DNA from: Saccostrea cucullata
Lineage: Eukaryota
DNA: 64,000 nucleotides
Assembly: GCF_032062105.1 (NCBI RefSeq)
Contig: NW_026919438.1
Coordinates: 1-64,000, forward strand
Direction of reading: 5' to 3'
Under the pieces are notes generated by a model, which was given only the letters and a program-made list of their open reading frames with translations, did not search any database and was not told the origin of the DNA. The position numbers were made by a program, and so were the translations under genes. This document shows, in pieces, positions 22,121-35,700 of this stretch; positions within the stretch are counted from its first letter, which is position 1, and each line of letters begins with the position of its first letter.

Positions 22121-22370
22121 CAGGCGCGGATCCAGGATTTGGAGAGGGGGCGCCAAAATTAGACAAGGGGCCTTGTGGCCGCCTTGAGGCCCCCAGTGGG
22201 TCCAGGGCAAAAACCCTGGTGGGGGCCCAGGGGGCTTCGCCCCCGGAAGTTCCTGGATTCTAGAGATTTTGAAGAGTAAAAATGAGGTCTACCAAGTAGA
22301 CATATTTGATTTACGCTAACTTTGACAATTTCAGGGGGGGGGGGTGCGCCTACCCTTAAATCCGCCACTG
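22121..22370. mobile_element. GC-rich MITE (hAT-like CAG...CTG ends) with 5-bp TSD
   Basis: Imperfect TIR CAGGCGCGGAT / ATCCGCCACTG; GCTTA at 22116-22120 and 22371-22375. Confidence 0.7.
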
Positions 22371-22829
22371 GCTTACGTTAACTATGAAACGATATTGCAA
22401 AACATACAGCCATTTCTATGCTCAAGTAAGTTTATTTTAACAATTCCTAAAACAAGATAGAGAAATATGAGTGTTTAAAAAGATAGGAAAAACAATTAAA
22501 AATGTACAATTTGTTTTAACATTCAAACGCAAGCCTTCAGTTACGTGATTTGATACAAATTGACCAAATGCTTCATCAAAGGTGTACGGTTGAATTGAGT
22601 TTGATATAGGATACTTGTATTTAAAAACACTTTTTTGCTAATAGATGCTTTTAAAAATTATGAAAAGTTTATGCCAACTTTGTTTAGTATTGTACAATTC
22701 CGGTTGTTTTGAAAGAAAAACAAAGTATTAAAGTGAAACAAAAAAAGTAAAACATGATTGATTACGCTTTTACCTCTGAAATTCCACCAAAATTGTACCA
22801 AAATTACACTCTTGCAATGAAAAGGGTAG

Positions 22830-24605
22830 GTAGGTCTGAACCGTGACGAAATGCCAGTATTTGAAGAATTATCAAGACAAGCTAACTGCAATAAGGAAAA
22901 ACAAGATATTCCTTCATTTTGCATGAGTGTTCTTGGGGGAAAGCTACTGACGTGGTCAGCAAAGCGTTGGCGAAAGCTCTGAAGACGAAGACGGAATCGG
23001 GGAACAGTAGTTGCCAAGGAAGAGCAAAGACTCCCCGATAATGAATTTATACCCCCACCCATCTCAAGCCTATTGGGGTTTCGGACAAGGGAATTGTGTT
23101 CCCCCCAATGTACCCATACGGAGGTTTAGGGGGATATACAGGGTATAGAAAATATCAGAGAGGTTTCGGCCGGGGTCAATCGGCCAGGGGAAATTGTCAG
23201 TTTCGCAGCGCGTCTGGTCATTATGTTCGTGACTGTCTAAAGATGAAAGCGGCTAGGGGAAAGTAATGAAATATCGAAATTGTGACAATGAGACATCTCT
23301 TGTAACGTGCAACCTCTTAAAAAATGTAATAGTGTCTATTAGAATGAGAAATTGTAAGGGACTAATCGCTTACCATTGTGTATATTGTTTTGTAATCCCC
23401 AACTGCTGTATCATCATTAATCGTCTTTTGTTAGTTTCTTTTAATTGATTATCAACATGTTGCTGCTATCAATTTTGAATTTCTTTTTGTATATATTTCT
23501 CTTTACCTTTATGCCCTGATGAGCCCCAAATTTGTATAAATAAATCTTATCTTATTGTTTTTGGAATGACAGAGAAATAAAACTTCGTAAAATTTAAACT
23601 TACTGTTTTTATCCTTTAACCTGACATCCGGGAACTCTGAAGCCCTAGTGATCTCGCTAACGTGGATTGCAGGTTTAGATCCAATCTTCAGCGTTATTTC
23701 GTAGAGATGCTTTATTTGAAAATGTTTCTTTATCCCTAACAGGATTTTGAGATTGAAGTCCCGGAATGGGAAAGATGTGAGTCATTCCATCCGGAGAAAA
23801 GTGTATTGGAAAAGAGAGAGCATCCTACGTGGACAACACTGAAAGAAAGTGATCCCAAACCTGCATTCCACGTAAATGAACAGTTTAAGTTGTATGACGA
23901 TAAAATAGATATTAATGATTTTGTTGTACGAAATCCAGATACTTTTGTGTCGGGAAAAATTTATAATTGTTCAAATGAATGGTTGGATATTACTGGGAAA
24001 ATATCTGATAATATGTCTAAGACGGTACAGTATTGCGTGGACGCAGGAATTGACGCGCAGTCTTTTATGCGCTCGTTTAAAGGGAATAACAAAGGGAGAT
24101 CTTTTGATTCAGATAGTCCACCAAAACAGTATTTTCCTAAGTCATTGTCGTGCAAATCACACACCTCCTTTATCAGAAAGGAAATATAATGCAATGTACG
24201 AAAGATTGAAATGCTATTTAGTTACGTTAGGAATATATGAGGGTGAAAACCCACACAGTTTAAGGGGAGGTTTCGCTATTACAATGGCTGTTTCGAGTGC
24301 GGTTAAGTGTCCTAGGGAACTCATGCACCATGTACGGTGGTCAACAGAAAGTTCGGCACACTATTACAGTAGATCAAAATCTTTTGACAGATGCTAGTAG
24401 AGTGGCGGGTAACATTGCCAAAATCACAAGTGATAGGGGGGATATAGAACTATTTTACAAAACACACGGGGATATGTCTGCATTGTCACCCGCCTTCAAC
24501 TGATGTACATGCATGTTATTACATTTTCATAAAATGTTATCACAGTAGTAGTATATGGTATAGCAAATATCTCTACCCTCACCGGATGTGCTTGATGGGT
24601 AAACT
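22830..24605 (+). mobile_element. Internally deleted DIRS-like retroelement remnant 2 (gag end, RT N-terminus, tyrosine recombinase C-terminus)
   Basis: RG-rich gag end with knuckle CQFRSASGHYVRDC (~23195-23237); RT-like RNPDTFVSGKIYNCSNEW; YR motifs ENPHSLRGG and MHHVRWSTESSAHYY; terminal motif CTACCCT...GATGGGTAAACTA recurs at 27184-27210 after the nested inserts. Confidence 0.75.
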
Positions 24606-27160
24606 AACTAGAACTGTCCAATAGGGACAAATACCCCCCGCAGGGTTTTTCAGAGAAGGTGCCAATTCAAAAATACTTTATGGATCTAGAGATGTTCACA
24701 ATTTACTTAAAAAAATTTGCAGTGAAATATAATTGCTCATCATGTTTCTTAATGAATGAAACGGAGGTGCAAACAAATGAAACATCAATACTAATACATT
24801 GTAATTCCATTGTAACATTTTTTTAAAAATTTTTCATTTAATTTTTCTTTATTACTGCATTAAAATAAAGTGCCACGCCACAGCATGATACGCCCGTCAA
24901 AAAAAAATACAATTACAATGTATCTTAAACAGTTAAAAGTGCAGGAAAATCATGTCAACCTTGATTTTTAGATTTCAATGATGTTTACACACCTTAAAAT
25001 ATCTCCTGTGGTGTAGGCATTAATTATAACAAATATTGCATCATTCATAGATTTCTATACCTTGCCAAATGCCTATCATATTTAAAAATATCAAATTAGT
25101 CTTCACAACTTAATCTACACCTAATTAACTTTGGAAATAAAAGACTGGCCATCAAATATAAACTGACCAACAGCTCTTCTTCTAATTCCCGAAGGATACA
25201 GATTAGACCATGCTCTGAAGAAATGAAAGAGATTCCTACATTGAACACATTAATTAATCTTTAACTGGATGCTTGTCTACTCATTACTCCCAAAAGATTA
25301 TTGGATCTGCGCTATCTACCATAAAACATTTTTAAAAGATATAAAACATCAATGATTTTTTTTTTTTTGGATTTAATGTCAGACAGTTAATTGTTAATAT
25401 GCAATTCATATGGACATGCAGATTCCACCCCTACCACCATAAAATTAATTTTTAAGTTCATAATATTATGTAATATCAAAATAGTTAATATGCAATATCA
25501 AATTTGTTTTAATTACTTCTCATCAAATTCATTTTCAAACTTCGGCTACCTAAAAAGAGCTATTTTTAATCCAACAGGCTTACCCATTTGGCCCAATACT
25601 CAAGGGATATAGATAGCACCGATGCTCTTACAGCTACTCCTCTCACTAAACTCATTAATTTCTCTCTCTAAATTGTCATGCAATTTTCTGTTATCATTCT
25701 TCTTGACCAGTGCTTGATAATTAGACTCATGGGAGTGGTGGAATTTCTCTAACATACTCTATATTTGTTATAGATTGCTGTCAAGTATATGCTAAAAAAT
25801 AAGTATTTTCTTGATTTAACATTTTTCTAATAAGGTTAGTGCAATAATTTTACATTATTCTGAATGTGTAAATGAAGAGAAAAAATTTAATTTTTTTTTT
25901 AAAAATTCCACTTAAATTAAAGGTCACATGTACAGTGACCTTGAAATAGGTCGCGACACACCTTTTACCTAAGATGCATAAACTGGCCAAGTTTGATGAT
26001 TCTAAGTCTTATAGTTTTCTAGTTATGGACCGGACAGGATTTTTCCATATTTGGCTATAACTTTTTAATTATAGGTCAGAGCGACATACTTTTTGTGCGC
26101 GACACACCTTCTACCCAAGATGTATCAGATGACAAAGTTTGATAACTCTAGGCCTTATAGTATTAAAGTTATGAGCCGGAGACGAGAAAAGCTAACAGAC
26201 GGACGGACGGACAGCTAGACAGACGGACAGACAGACAGACACGAAGCCTATCACATAAGACGGGCATATAAAAATATATTGCAATTATGTGTTATGTCAC
26301 TCTGCAAACTGATTGTTGAAAAAAAAAAAAAAAACATTATACAAAATCAAATTAATCTTGATACATCAATTTGAAATGCATTTTGAAAATAAAGAACTGG
26401 TCATCCAGTAATGAAGTGTTTTGACAGACAATAAATTACAATTAAGAGAATAAGAGAAGAGAGATCTTTAATTCTTGTGCCTTATTCCCTGAAGATTTGA
26501 TAACACACACACACTTGATAAGAGATATGACTAAACAACTTCCAACACCCAACTCATTAATTTATCTTTAACTGGATGCATGTCCAGTCATTATTCCCCA
26601 GAGACAAATGAAATTACATTATCTTCTGTGCAATGTAAAAACTGTTTTTAACACTTGATGTTTCTTTTTTTTAAAGTTTTTATGAGTAGTTTTAAGCTGT
26701 AGTTCACGTTTTTGTACAGATATTCTAGATTCTATGTCTCAAACCTTATACATGAGCCCAAAATAAACAAGTCAATTAAAATTTTAAAAAACCTGTAAAA
26801 TGCAGAAAAATGAATAAAAAGAGTTGAAAATTCCAGGTGCACAACTTCATATGGTGAATAATAATTGTACAAATTTTCAGATTAATCCTTGCAATAGTTT
26901 CTGAGAAACGGTCCAAACAAAATCACAAAATAAAAATGAAAAAACACCTGTAAAATTCAAAATAATAATCCAATCAAGATGAAAAATATCAGGTGCACAA
27001 CTTCATATGGTGAATAATATGTGTACAACTTTTCAGACAAATCCTTCCAATAGTTTCTGAGTAATGGTCCGGACAAAATCTCGTCTACAGACAGACGGAC
27101 AGACGGACATGGTGATTCCAATATACCCCCCCCCTAAACTTCGTTTGCGGGGGGTATAAA
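24606..27160 (-). mobile_element. HINE-like element (family D) containing a second HINE-like element (~24862-26273)
   Basis: Outer: TGTCC-aatag-GGACA hairpin plus ATACCCCCCGC at the left; (GACG/GACA)n plus ATACCCCCC-aaacttcgttt-GCGGGGGGTAT at the right. Inner: ATACGCCCGTC at 24888 and GACGGGCATAT at 26259 after a GACA microsatellite. Confidence 0.7.
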
Positions 27161-27440
27161 AATAGACACGAAAGCAGATCAATCTACCCTGTGTGAGATG
27201 GGTAAACTAGAAAATAAACACACTAAAGGGACAGACTAAACATTCAAATCTACTATTAAAATAAAGAAAGTATTTAAATCCATGTATCACAGTTTAATGT
27301 TATTCAACGTTACATAGGACTTAAAATCCGATGTTTTAGAGACGTTTTATTGGTTACTTAGCAATCAAATTTATACTTGTAAAATAGTGAAATATCACAT
27401 TGTATCATTTATTGAAATCGTACACTACTGAAGTAGTAAT

Positions 27441-28427
27441 ATGGATTTAGATAAGATTTTATACCATGTTGAGGATGTTATAATAGAAAGTGAAGTGCAA
27501 GAATTTCAAAACAGAAATGAATTAATTCGATGGGCAGAGGAGAATAATTATTTACACCACTGTAGCGTTACAAGGAAATTAAAGGAACTCGAATCAGAGT
27601 AAGTGAAAACTATTTTTTTTTTTACATAAGGTATAATTTTCCACGAATAGAAATTCAAACAATTTATATAAAAGAGGTATATTTAAGATATCAGAGAAAT
27701 ATTCAAAATTTATTTTAAAATTTCAGTCAACGCGTTAATACATGTAGCTGATATCTATTTATTTTATATAGGTACGAAAGTAATGGCACGGACGACGAGG
27801 ATTCAACTGACGAGAGTGACTACAACTCGGAAAATGACACGCAAAGTGTTGATTCGAATAAAATAAGCAGCAACAAAACTGACACTGAAGATACAGAGGA
27901 AGGAGATGTCATTATAACATCTACACAGCAATATCTTCAAAATCCTGTACATTTAACCACAGAGGAAAAAAGAAAATATATGCAAGACACTGAATATTCC
28001 GATTTATCAAGATTCAGACCTTCATGGAATCCACATCACACAAGGAGACGGGAATTGTCTTTTTAGAGCTGTATCGTATGCTATAAGTAATACAGAAAAC
28101 AATCACGATAACCTCAGAAAGAAAACCGTTCAATATGCACTTAAAAATAAGGATCAATTCAAAGACATTCTACGATCGGACTTCGATACTGTAAATGAGT
28201 ATTTACAAATAACAGAAATGGAGAAAATCGGCTCATGGACTACTGAATTCGAGATATTTGTTTTAGCGCATTTACTTGCATGTAACATATACACGCATAC
28301 ATATGGAGACGCAAGACCACTAAAATTTTCTGCTCGCGTAATCGAGCAAAACAAAAAACTTCTGACGGGTAACATTTTATTAGAACATCGTCACAAAAGA
28401 CATTACAATGTATTTAACAAGTGGTGA
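27441..28427 (+). pseudogene. Two-exon OTU-domain cysteine protease (deubiquitinase-like) gene with one frameshift
   Basis: Exon 1 27441-27598 (GTAAGT donor), exon 2 from 27772 (phase 2 matches: GA|G); acidic tract; frameshift at ~27975; QGDGNCLFRAVS...GSWTTEFEIFVLAHLL...HYNV OTU motifs. Confidence 0.8.
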
Positions 28428-28751
28428 ATACGTAGAAATCTGCGATTTATGTATATAGGTTCAGTAACAATTTAGTGAAATGATTTTAATAGTGCAATCT
28501 GTTCTTATAATTATCTGTCCGTAATCTATTAAGTCAAAATGATGGGGAATTTTTGTGATATCTTGTATGTGCATATATTATGTAACTTTTTTGCTGATCG
28601 AGTTAACGTCCCACAGCGGTCAGGGCTTCCGCGCACCCTGTGGTCTTTTGAAGACAGCCGTTAACCACTGTTCTCCTTTGAAATGATGCAGTCCAACTGA
28701 CCACGCACGTGCAGTTTCCTTCACTTCAACTTCTATACTAAAGACAATAAG

Positions 28752-29727
28752 ATGTATCTTACGCTGATGATATCAACATATTATTGATGAAGGGGATCAT
28801 GAGCCAGGATTATAAGAGAGAAAACGACATTGTCAGTTGTTTTTCTTACAAAAGAGAAGCGTTTCAAGGTGAAACAACGATGCGCATAGCTAAAGTAAAA
28901 GCTCCGAGGTTGGCAAGACGGACTTCCAGGATCTCGAGCTACTGGAAATACTTAAAACCACTATCCAATGCAGAGACATAATTACCGCTGAACAGACCAA
29001 AGTCATTCTCAACAATATTCCGTACGAACATGTAAGTAACCATTTAATTAATTAACGGGGGGGGGGGGAAGAATAAGAGCACAGCGTTTCCTTATCAAAT
29101 GAGTTATTTCTAAACATCTACATTTTAACACGAATTTCAGGCAAAAACATCAACCACCGACTCGAATATGACAATGACCAGTATTGTGCAGGACGTTCTA
29201 AGCAATGGTACAGGTAATTAATTTATATTTTTCATAAGTCAGATACCCGATCACTATAAAACATATTAACATAGGAGTTAGTCAAGGAACTTGTGTGTGT
29301 GTGTGTTTTTTTTTTAAACATAATACGCGAACTTTGAGGGAAAAAGTTATCAAAATTTAAGCATCTACAACTCGTTTTTTCTTTTGGATGTTAACCTGAT
29401 TATTGTATACGGAGCCATTTCTGCAACTTTTATTTTGTTCGCCGGAATATGCATTAGACTCACCTTATGGAGAAAATTTAAAAGGAACGCGACCAATATC
29501 CAAGACCGTGATTCCCTGGTGTACTTCAGCATAAGTGATATTAAACTTGAATGAATTGTTATCTTTCAGTGATTATCTGTCTCCTCTGTGTAGCGCAAAA
29601 GATTTTCCGTCCTCGCGATCAAGAGGAAGAAGTCCGTCATCCACCAGAGGAAATTCAAGAAGCAATTCCCCAACTCCGTAGATCTACCAGGGTTAGAAGA
29701 AGGAGACCAAACCGCCTCTTATTTTAA
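28752..29727 (+). pseudogene. Three-exon small gene of unknown function, degraded in exon 1
   Basis: GT-AG introns 29032-29140 and 29214-29569 with compatible phases (0 and 1); spliced product ...NNIPYEH|AKTSTT...NGT|VIICLLCVAQKIF...LRRSTRVRRRRPNRLLF*. Confidence 0.5.
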
Positions 29728-31159
29728 GACTGATGTTTAAAAGTGTATGTAAGACAATTAGTAGCTGTAGTTTGAAAAATGCGGTAATGAAAATTTTCTC
29801 AGTGTACCATTTGAAAGAAAAACAAAATTAAATCTTAAAAACTTGTATGTTTTTTTTTTAATTTTTTTTTTCCTTTCCCGATTCTTATTACTAAGTGACA
29901 TATATATTCGTTCCATTGTAGAAATGTCACGCAAACATTTGTAATTTATTTTATGAAGTAATTAATCCGTCTAGTCATTGTTCTTTACATTGTTTACATA
30001 ATGTATCAAAGTATAGGGGGAAAAGGAAACCAAATATTTTATAAGTCCTGAAGCATATTGAAACTTTCCGCATAACAGCCAGTAATGTATAAAGTAGTGG
30101 CAAGTTTTAACAAGTCTCAAAAATAAAGTTGTTCTTATAACCATAGAGACAAGTTGTGTAAAATAAAAGTATATAAACTCACAATGTTTACATAATCTTC
30201 TCGAAATATCGTGTGGAAACGAAACTTTACAGACAAACATCCCTTCAATATTGCGTTAAGAAAAAAAGAAGGGACCCATGAGCAACATCGATCACCTGAG
30301 CTCCCGAGTCATTGAGATAGTGACTGCCAGTGAGATTTAAACTGGAAGATCAGGATCCGTTTATTATACATAAATAGAATGTAAATACTTTTAAACTAGT
30401 TATCTCTCAGACCTTGCAGAATCAAGACATTAATAAGGCCTGTCATATCCGGTGACTCAGATTTTTGGCGAGTTGTCTATTCGTTATAACTGATCTATTG
30501 TTGATTTATTCTTTATTTCATTGTATTTATTTATGCACAAGAGAGATATATGATAAATCCAGGATTGAAACCAGATGTATCGGAAGAGACTGTAGCTTGA
30601 CTGGTTTATACGTATGCGTACGAAAAGTAGCAGTTGGGACATGAACATGACCGGCAGGCACCAGAGACATATACATTGTTTTATATGTATCTGATGGCAC
30701 TTAGTTTTTTATTTATTTTTTTCTTACACTTTTTCATTGAAAATTTAGAGTTCCGTTTGCGCAAGGCCAGTGTATAATCATCATGGTTGATGGAACGCTG
30801 TATATTGTAGATGTAGATGTAACCTTACAAAAGCAATAGGTAGAATAATGACCCTTGGTTAGTTTCTTTTTGTGGCAAGATTGCAGTAAGATTACAAATG
30901 TAAAGTAGCTTTTAATAAAATGTTACAGAATTTTCAATTTCAGTTACCTTGGTAACATCGTACACAGGATTCTCTGTTATATACTTGCACAAGCCAGAGA
31001 GGGATTCGTCATGACCATGAAAGCAGATAGGCTGCATCCAGGTAGTTTAACAGTATTTTCATCTGTTTATGTCTTACTTGTTAATTTTTAAAAGAAAAAT
31101 CGTTTAATTAGTAACACATAATTTCTAAAAAATTTTAAATGCTCTTAAGTAATAGTTAG

Positions 31160-31411
31160 ATCATATTAAGTAAAATTTTAGTGATTAAGAAGGGGCGGAG
31201 GGAGCGAAGCGACCGAGCCCCCTTCTTAATCACTAAAATTTTACTTAATATGATTTAACTTACCGGTACTTAGAACCTATCGCGCTTTTTCATTGGCTAA
31301 TTAGTCAGCCCGCGGAGTTTCTGCATAGACATAAAATCTTAACAATTAAGTGATCGACTTAATAGAAAATTTAGCAGCTGCTGATTGGAGGAAAAAGCGG
31401 GTTAGGTTCTA
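31160..31411. repeat. Long hairpin (36-bp perfect arms, GAGCGAAGCG-containing loop) followed by a second inverted repeat with ATTGG boxes; possible Crypton-like non-autonomous element end
   Basis: Arms 31160-31195 and 31219-31254; TAGAACCTA..CGCTTTTT at 31271 pairs with AAAAAGCG..TAGGTTCTA ending at 31411. Confidence 0.55.
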
Positions 31412-32057
31412 ATGTTACTTTATCAGTTGACAATTCCAAACAAGCCCCGGATGTCAAACATATTGAAGGTATTAAAATTAGGTATACAGATACGTCACAT
31501 TAATATCTAGGTCAAGTTTCGTTTTGGCTACGATCTCACCATTTTTGAAAGTTATGCCCCTTGGACTTAAAAAATTCCAATTATTTGCAGTTTCTGTTCA
31601 TTTCCTTCACAATTTGTGAAAAAGATTTATCAGATGAATATCTAGGACAAATTCGGTTTCGAGTACAATCGCGCCAAGTTATGCCCCTTGGACTTGGACA
31701 AATTCCAATTTCGGGGTAGGGGGCATAAGTGTTTTACAAACATCTCTTGTATTAATTATATCTTTTTAATTTGAATTAAGTTTATAAAAATTTAATTTAT
31801 TTTTGTATATTTCTTTTGTAGTTTTTGCCATCACAACTTTAGGAATGGACAACACGGACATTGTTAAAGCCATAAACACCACTATCGGTTCCATGCGCCG
31901 TGCTGTGAAAGAAAACCGACTAATCTAAGTAGATGTCCTGTATGAAGAAGGGAGGGCATATTGCTTTGCTGCTGTCCGTCGGTTCATTTTGTTTCCGTTC
32001 ATTTTCACAATCATTACACACACTGAATTGAAATTTGGTTTACATGTTTGTCAGGTA

Positions 32058-32196
32058 AAGATCCCTCACTGCTTAATGGCCCTGAGTGCCGAGTAAAGGT
32101 CAAAATTTGAAGCCCTTCACCGGCATACGGTGACGTCTCCATGTGAGTGAAAAATTCTCGAGAAGGACGTTAAACAATAAACAATCAATCAATCAA
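32058..32196 (+). mobile_element. SINE 3' half with (CAAT)n tail
   Basis: AAAGATCCCTC.CTGCT...GCCCTTCACCGGCA...GGTGACGTCTC...GGACGTTAAA(CAAT)n; second copy at 63428. Confidence 0.65.
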
Positions 32197-33331
32197 AATA
32201 GTCCTGGCACCGCATTGAAGCAGAATTCAAAGTCAAGTGTATGTGTCTTTTACTTCCTATTTGAATGGCTCTCTCATGACACTGAGGCATTCAACAGCCT
32301 AAAACTGAAAACTATTGATGATGACTTTTATTACCATATACTGAATCTGGGGAAAAGCTCCAAAGGTCACCGCTGGATTTGATGACGAAGTTCATCGACG
32401 GGCTTCCAATGCAGCTCCAATTTTCGTTCGCTCTGGTAAGCTTTGAACACAAAATAACATTCTGGAAATTAAGTGGTTTTACCAAAGTCTAGACCCCATA
32501 CTAAGGGACGGGTGCACCTAAACGACATGGGCAATTATAAACTTCTACGTCAGATCAGGGGTGTTTTTCTTCATCAACCGACTAATACAGGACCTATTGC
32601 TACACAATCTTGAAGACGGGGGTTTATTGCATTGTGCGTTTTGTTATACTACGAGAAAGTATGATGTGTGTAACATTTCATTCTTATTTCAATGTTATTG
32701 CTCATCATTTCATTTTTATTTCAATGTTATTGCTCTGATGGGAATTTTTTTTTCATTTGTGAACATTCTTATAGAAAATGTAATAGGACTATTTTCAAGA
32801 GGTGCAACCGAAGAAGAATTTTGGTTCATTTTCGATTTATTATGCTAACCGATGGTGAAATGAGGTATAAACCATATTGATACCTCAAACGAGGTTTTAG
32901 TAAAACACTCGCCTCATAGAATTACAGGTTCCACTAATATAACATTAGGAGTTAATGATAAAGTTAGAACAAAAATACATTCTGGGAAGTTTGTCAAATT
33001 TTCATCACATCTACCTAAACATTTCACAGTAGAAAAGGAGAACAAATTCAGCTCATCGCTTTTTAAGCTCACATGGTTTTTTGCAAAATTATGGTCACAT
33101 TGTCTTAATAAAAATTACCATTTTCGAACTGCAGTACAATGACATAACCCTTCGTTTTATTACATATATTATGTCAAGATTTAGTTATGTGGTTTGATGT
33201 TTATGTTCAACTTGACTATTTCCGCTCCACGAGCTTTTCATGTGTACAAGGTTTTTTTTTGGATGGTGTTTTACAGACCCCGCAGTGTATGTAAATTTAT
33301 AATTTCATTTTCATCTTTATATTAGTGATGA

Positions 33332-33510
33332 GAAGGATATGGAGATAAAGAAAAGTATTCAATCTCAATAAAACAATATAAAATAAGAGCAGAGCAAACA
33401 CGGAACCCTGAAACACCAGAGGTGTTTCAGGTGCCATGGAGGAGGGAGCATCCCTTGCTGACCGGTCACACCCGTCGTGTGCTCCCTGCCATGATCAGGA
33501 AATAATGAAA
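33332..33510 (-). repeat. Dispersed ~190-bp structured repeat (probable retroelement 3' end), copy 1
   Basis: Homologous to 41540-41720, 43794-43992 and 47236-47434. Confidence 0.7.
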
Positions 33511-34277
33511 AATTGTGTATTTTTTTTAACTACAGTAAATTAAATATTTTGCATTTGAAAATTTTGTTCACGAGAGTATTATTACATGTTGTTTGTATGC
33601 TCCCTGGCATGGAGTATGATGGTTTTTACATGTGCTACATTGTATTGTTTTGTTATTGAAGCATCTACAATAAAGTGTAAATGTGGACAGACTGAATATT
33701 TATTCCGAAATCCGAAACTGACTACCAAACATAGACATTTGGAAAGTACTATGATTGTATCTGAAGAGTTAAAGGAAAAATAAATTTCATTCCCAATAAC
33801 CATCATGTACGTATGTCAAAAATTTGGGAGCCCTTGGGTACTTTTTTTCAATTTCTCACCTATGGTTCTTCAGGATTTTCCTTATGATGGTGAAAAAAAA
33901 TCCCTAAAATAGGATCTTTACAGTATCACAAAGACTATTCCAAGTCGATGAAGCCAAACTCCAAAGTTGAGGCTAATTTTGGCCACAGTTGCTTTAGTTA
34001 TGGTGTTAAATATACCAAGTGTAGAACGCATCATTCGCTACAGACCCTTAAGGTAAAAAAGCAAATCCCCAGGAAAATTAACGAACGTGTGATAATCCTA
34101 CACCATCACTAAAATAAACAAAACTACTCGGGCATGAAGGTTGTGATGATCGTGACCACCAATGGGCAGATTTGTGGCTAAAATCCAGGTTCCGATGCAC
34201 TCATAGAGAGCAACAACAAATAATCGAATTGAAAGTAAAACTTTAGAAACTCTCTCAAATCAATAGACTCATCGAGA

Positions 34278-34650
34278 GTAAGATTCATATCCATTAATGT
34301 TTCTGGGTTAAATTCAGAAAAACAATTTCCCGAGTTTTATTTTATTGATAAGTATGATATAGTGTGCCTTAAAGGAGATGATAATCGACAATCCTAATTT
34401 ACTTCATTTTGTAAATTAATCACTTTGGAAATCCGGTGGAATTGTTGTGTATATAAGAAATTCAATTGCTCAAAACTGCAATATTATTAATAACGAATGT
34501 GACAATGTACTTTGGGCCGGAGTAGAAGGTAATGCATTTAGAATCTATGAGCACGTATTCATAAGAACTAAATACCACCTGTTAACACTAGATTTTTTTC
34601 TGGTGAAATAGGAATATTTGCACTCACTACAGAGCATACATTGTGACTTT
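34278..34650 (+). mobile_element. Degraded LINE APE endonuclease fragment
   Basis: VRFISINVSGL...KYDIVCL and KSGGIVVYIR motifs, broken by indels. Confidence 0.6.
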
Positions 34651-34882
34651 AACAATAGAGTCTACTTTATTAAATGATGAATAATTTGTATAAACAAATT
34701 ACAATATGTGTGATAATGATTGATTAAATTGTTCAGAATCTCTCTCTATCTAATTATAGAATTTATTTTCAGTAGAGCTTGCATATTATGCATATGCAGA
34801 CAACCTGACCCGCATGATTCTTTGTTAAAATGAGCAAAACAGGGAGCTTGAATCTTGCTTTGTTAAGTAAATTTAGTAACAT

Positions 34883-35700
34883 TATGGCTATAGTGTGTAA
34901 AAAGGGTGTAACAAAACACTGTTCTCAACGAGTCTGTGGAAGTTACTCAAGTTATGCAAGGAGTTTTTTTTATTCAATTTTCCAAACCTTGGAGAGAATC
35001 CGATATTGAAAAGTGTAAACGATTGGTGAATGCTTGTAATCGGAAAGGTTGTTCAACTGCAAAGCTCACTAAGGATACAAAGCAAGCACCCAGACCCCCT
35101 TCCTGCAACCCAATCTGAAGAAGGTACTTTAGTACAGCATATTAATATGTGTTAAAATTTTGTGATAACATAAACTAGTATATGTAGAAAAATACGTTGT
35201 TTAATTGTGCAATACTGTTCATCTGTTTCGCTTTATTTATTTTTTGAACAGATTAAAAAGATGCACAACAAAGCGTAAATGTCCAAGTCGCATCGCAGAC
35301 AAAAAATCTCACATCCCAGGAAAATGGCAAGAAAATCTCTTCATTATGAATAAGAACTGACAGGATTCATAAAAAAAAATACAAGTACAACGGAGTCCAT
35401 ATATCTCAATGCTAAAGTACCGGTATTTGTCAAACTTCAGATAGATTGACAGACAAATGCTTTCAGGTCAAACCTCAAGAAGCATCAATGAGTGCACAAA
35501 CCGAAGGGAACATCACTATTGAATTAGAGGTTAGAAATGAAAAATTGCATGCTACTAAAATCAATTGCTCCAAAATGAAGTTGATCATCTCCAAACATCT
35601 AGTTGTCATAAATAACCTAACAAAAAAAAACCTTTGTAGAGACTTCGGATGAGTTAACTTTTGATGTCACAATCAAGGATGAAGAGTTCAAGTATTATAC
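34883..35700 (+). pseudogene. THAP-domain transposase remnant (ISL2EU/Harbinger-like N-terminus)
   Basis: FIQFSKP...KCKRLVNACNRK...LTKDT is THAP-like; downstream TIKDEEFKYYT is cut by a HINE-like 5' end at ~35695. Confidence 0.5.

Noticed and set aside
32240-33050. Possible tiny gag remnants (KFIDGLP..; LGVNDKVRTKIHSGKFVKF)
   Set aside because: Too short and degraded to support boundaries or family assignment.
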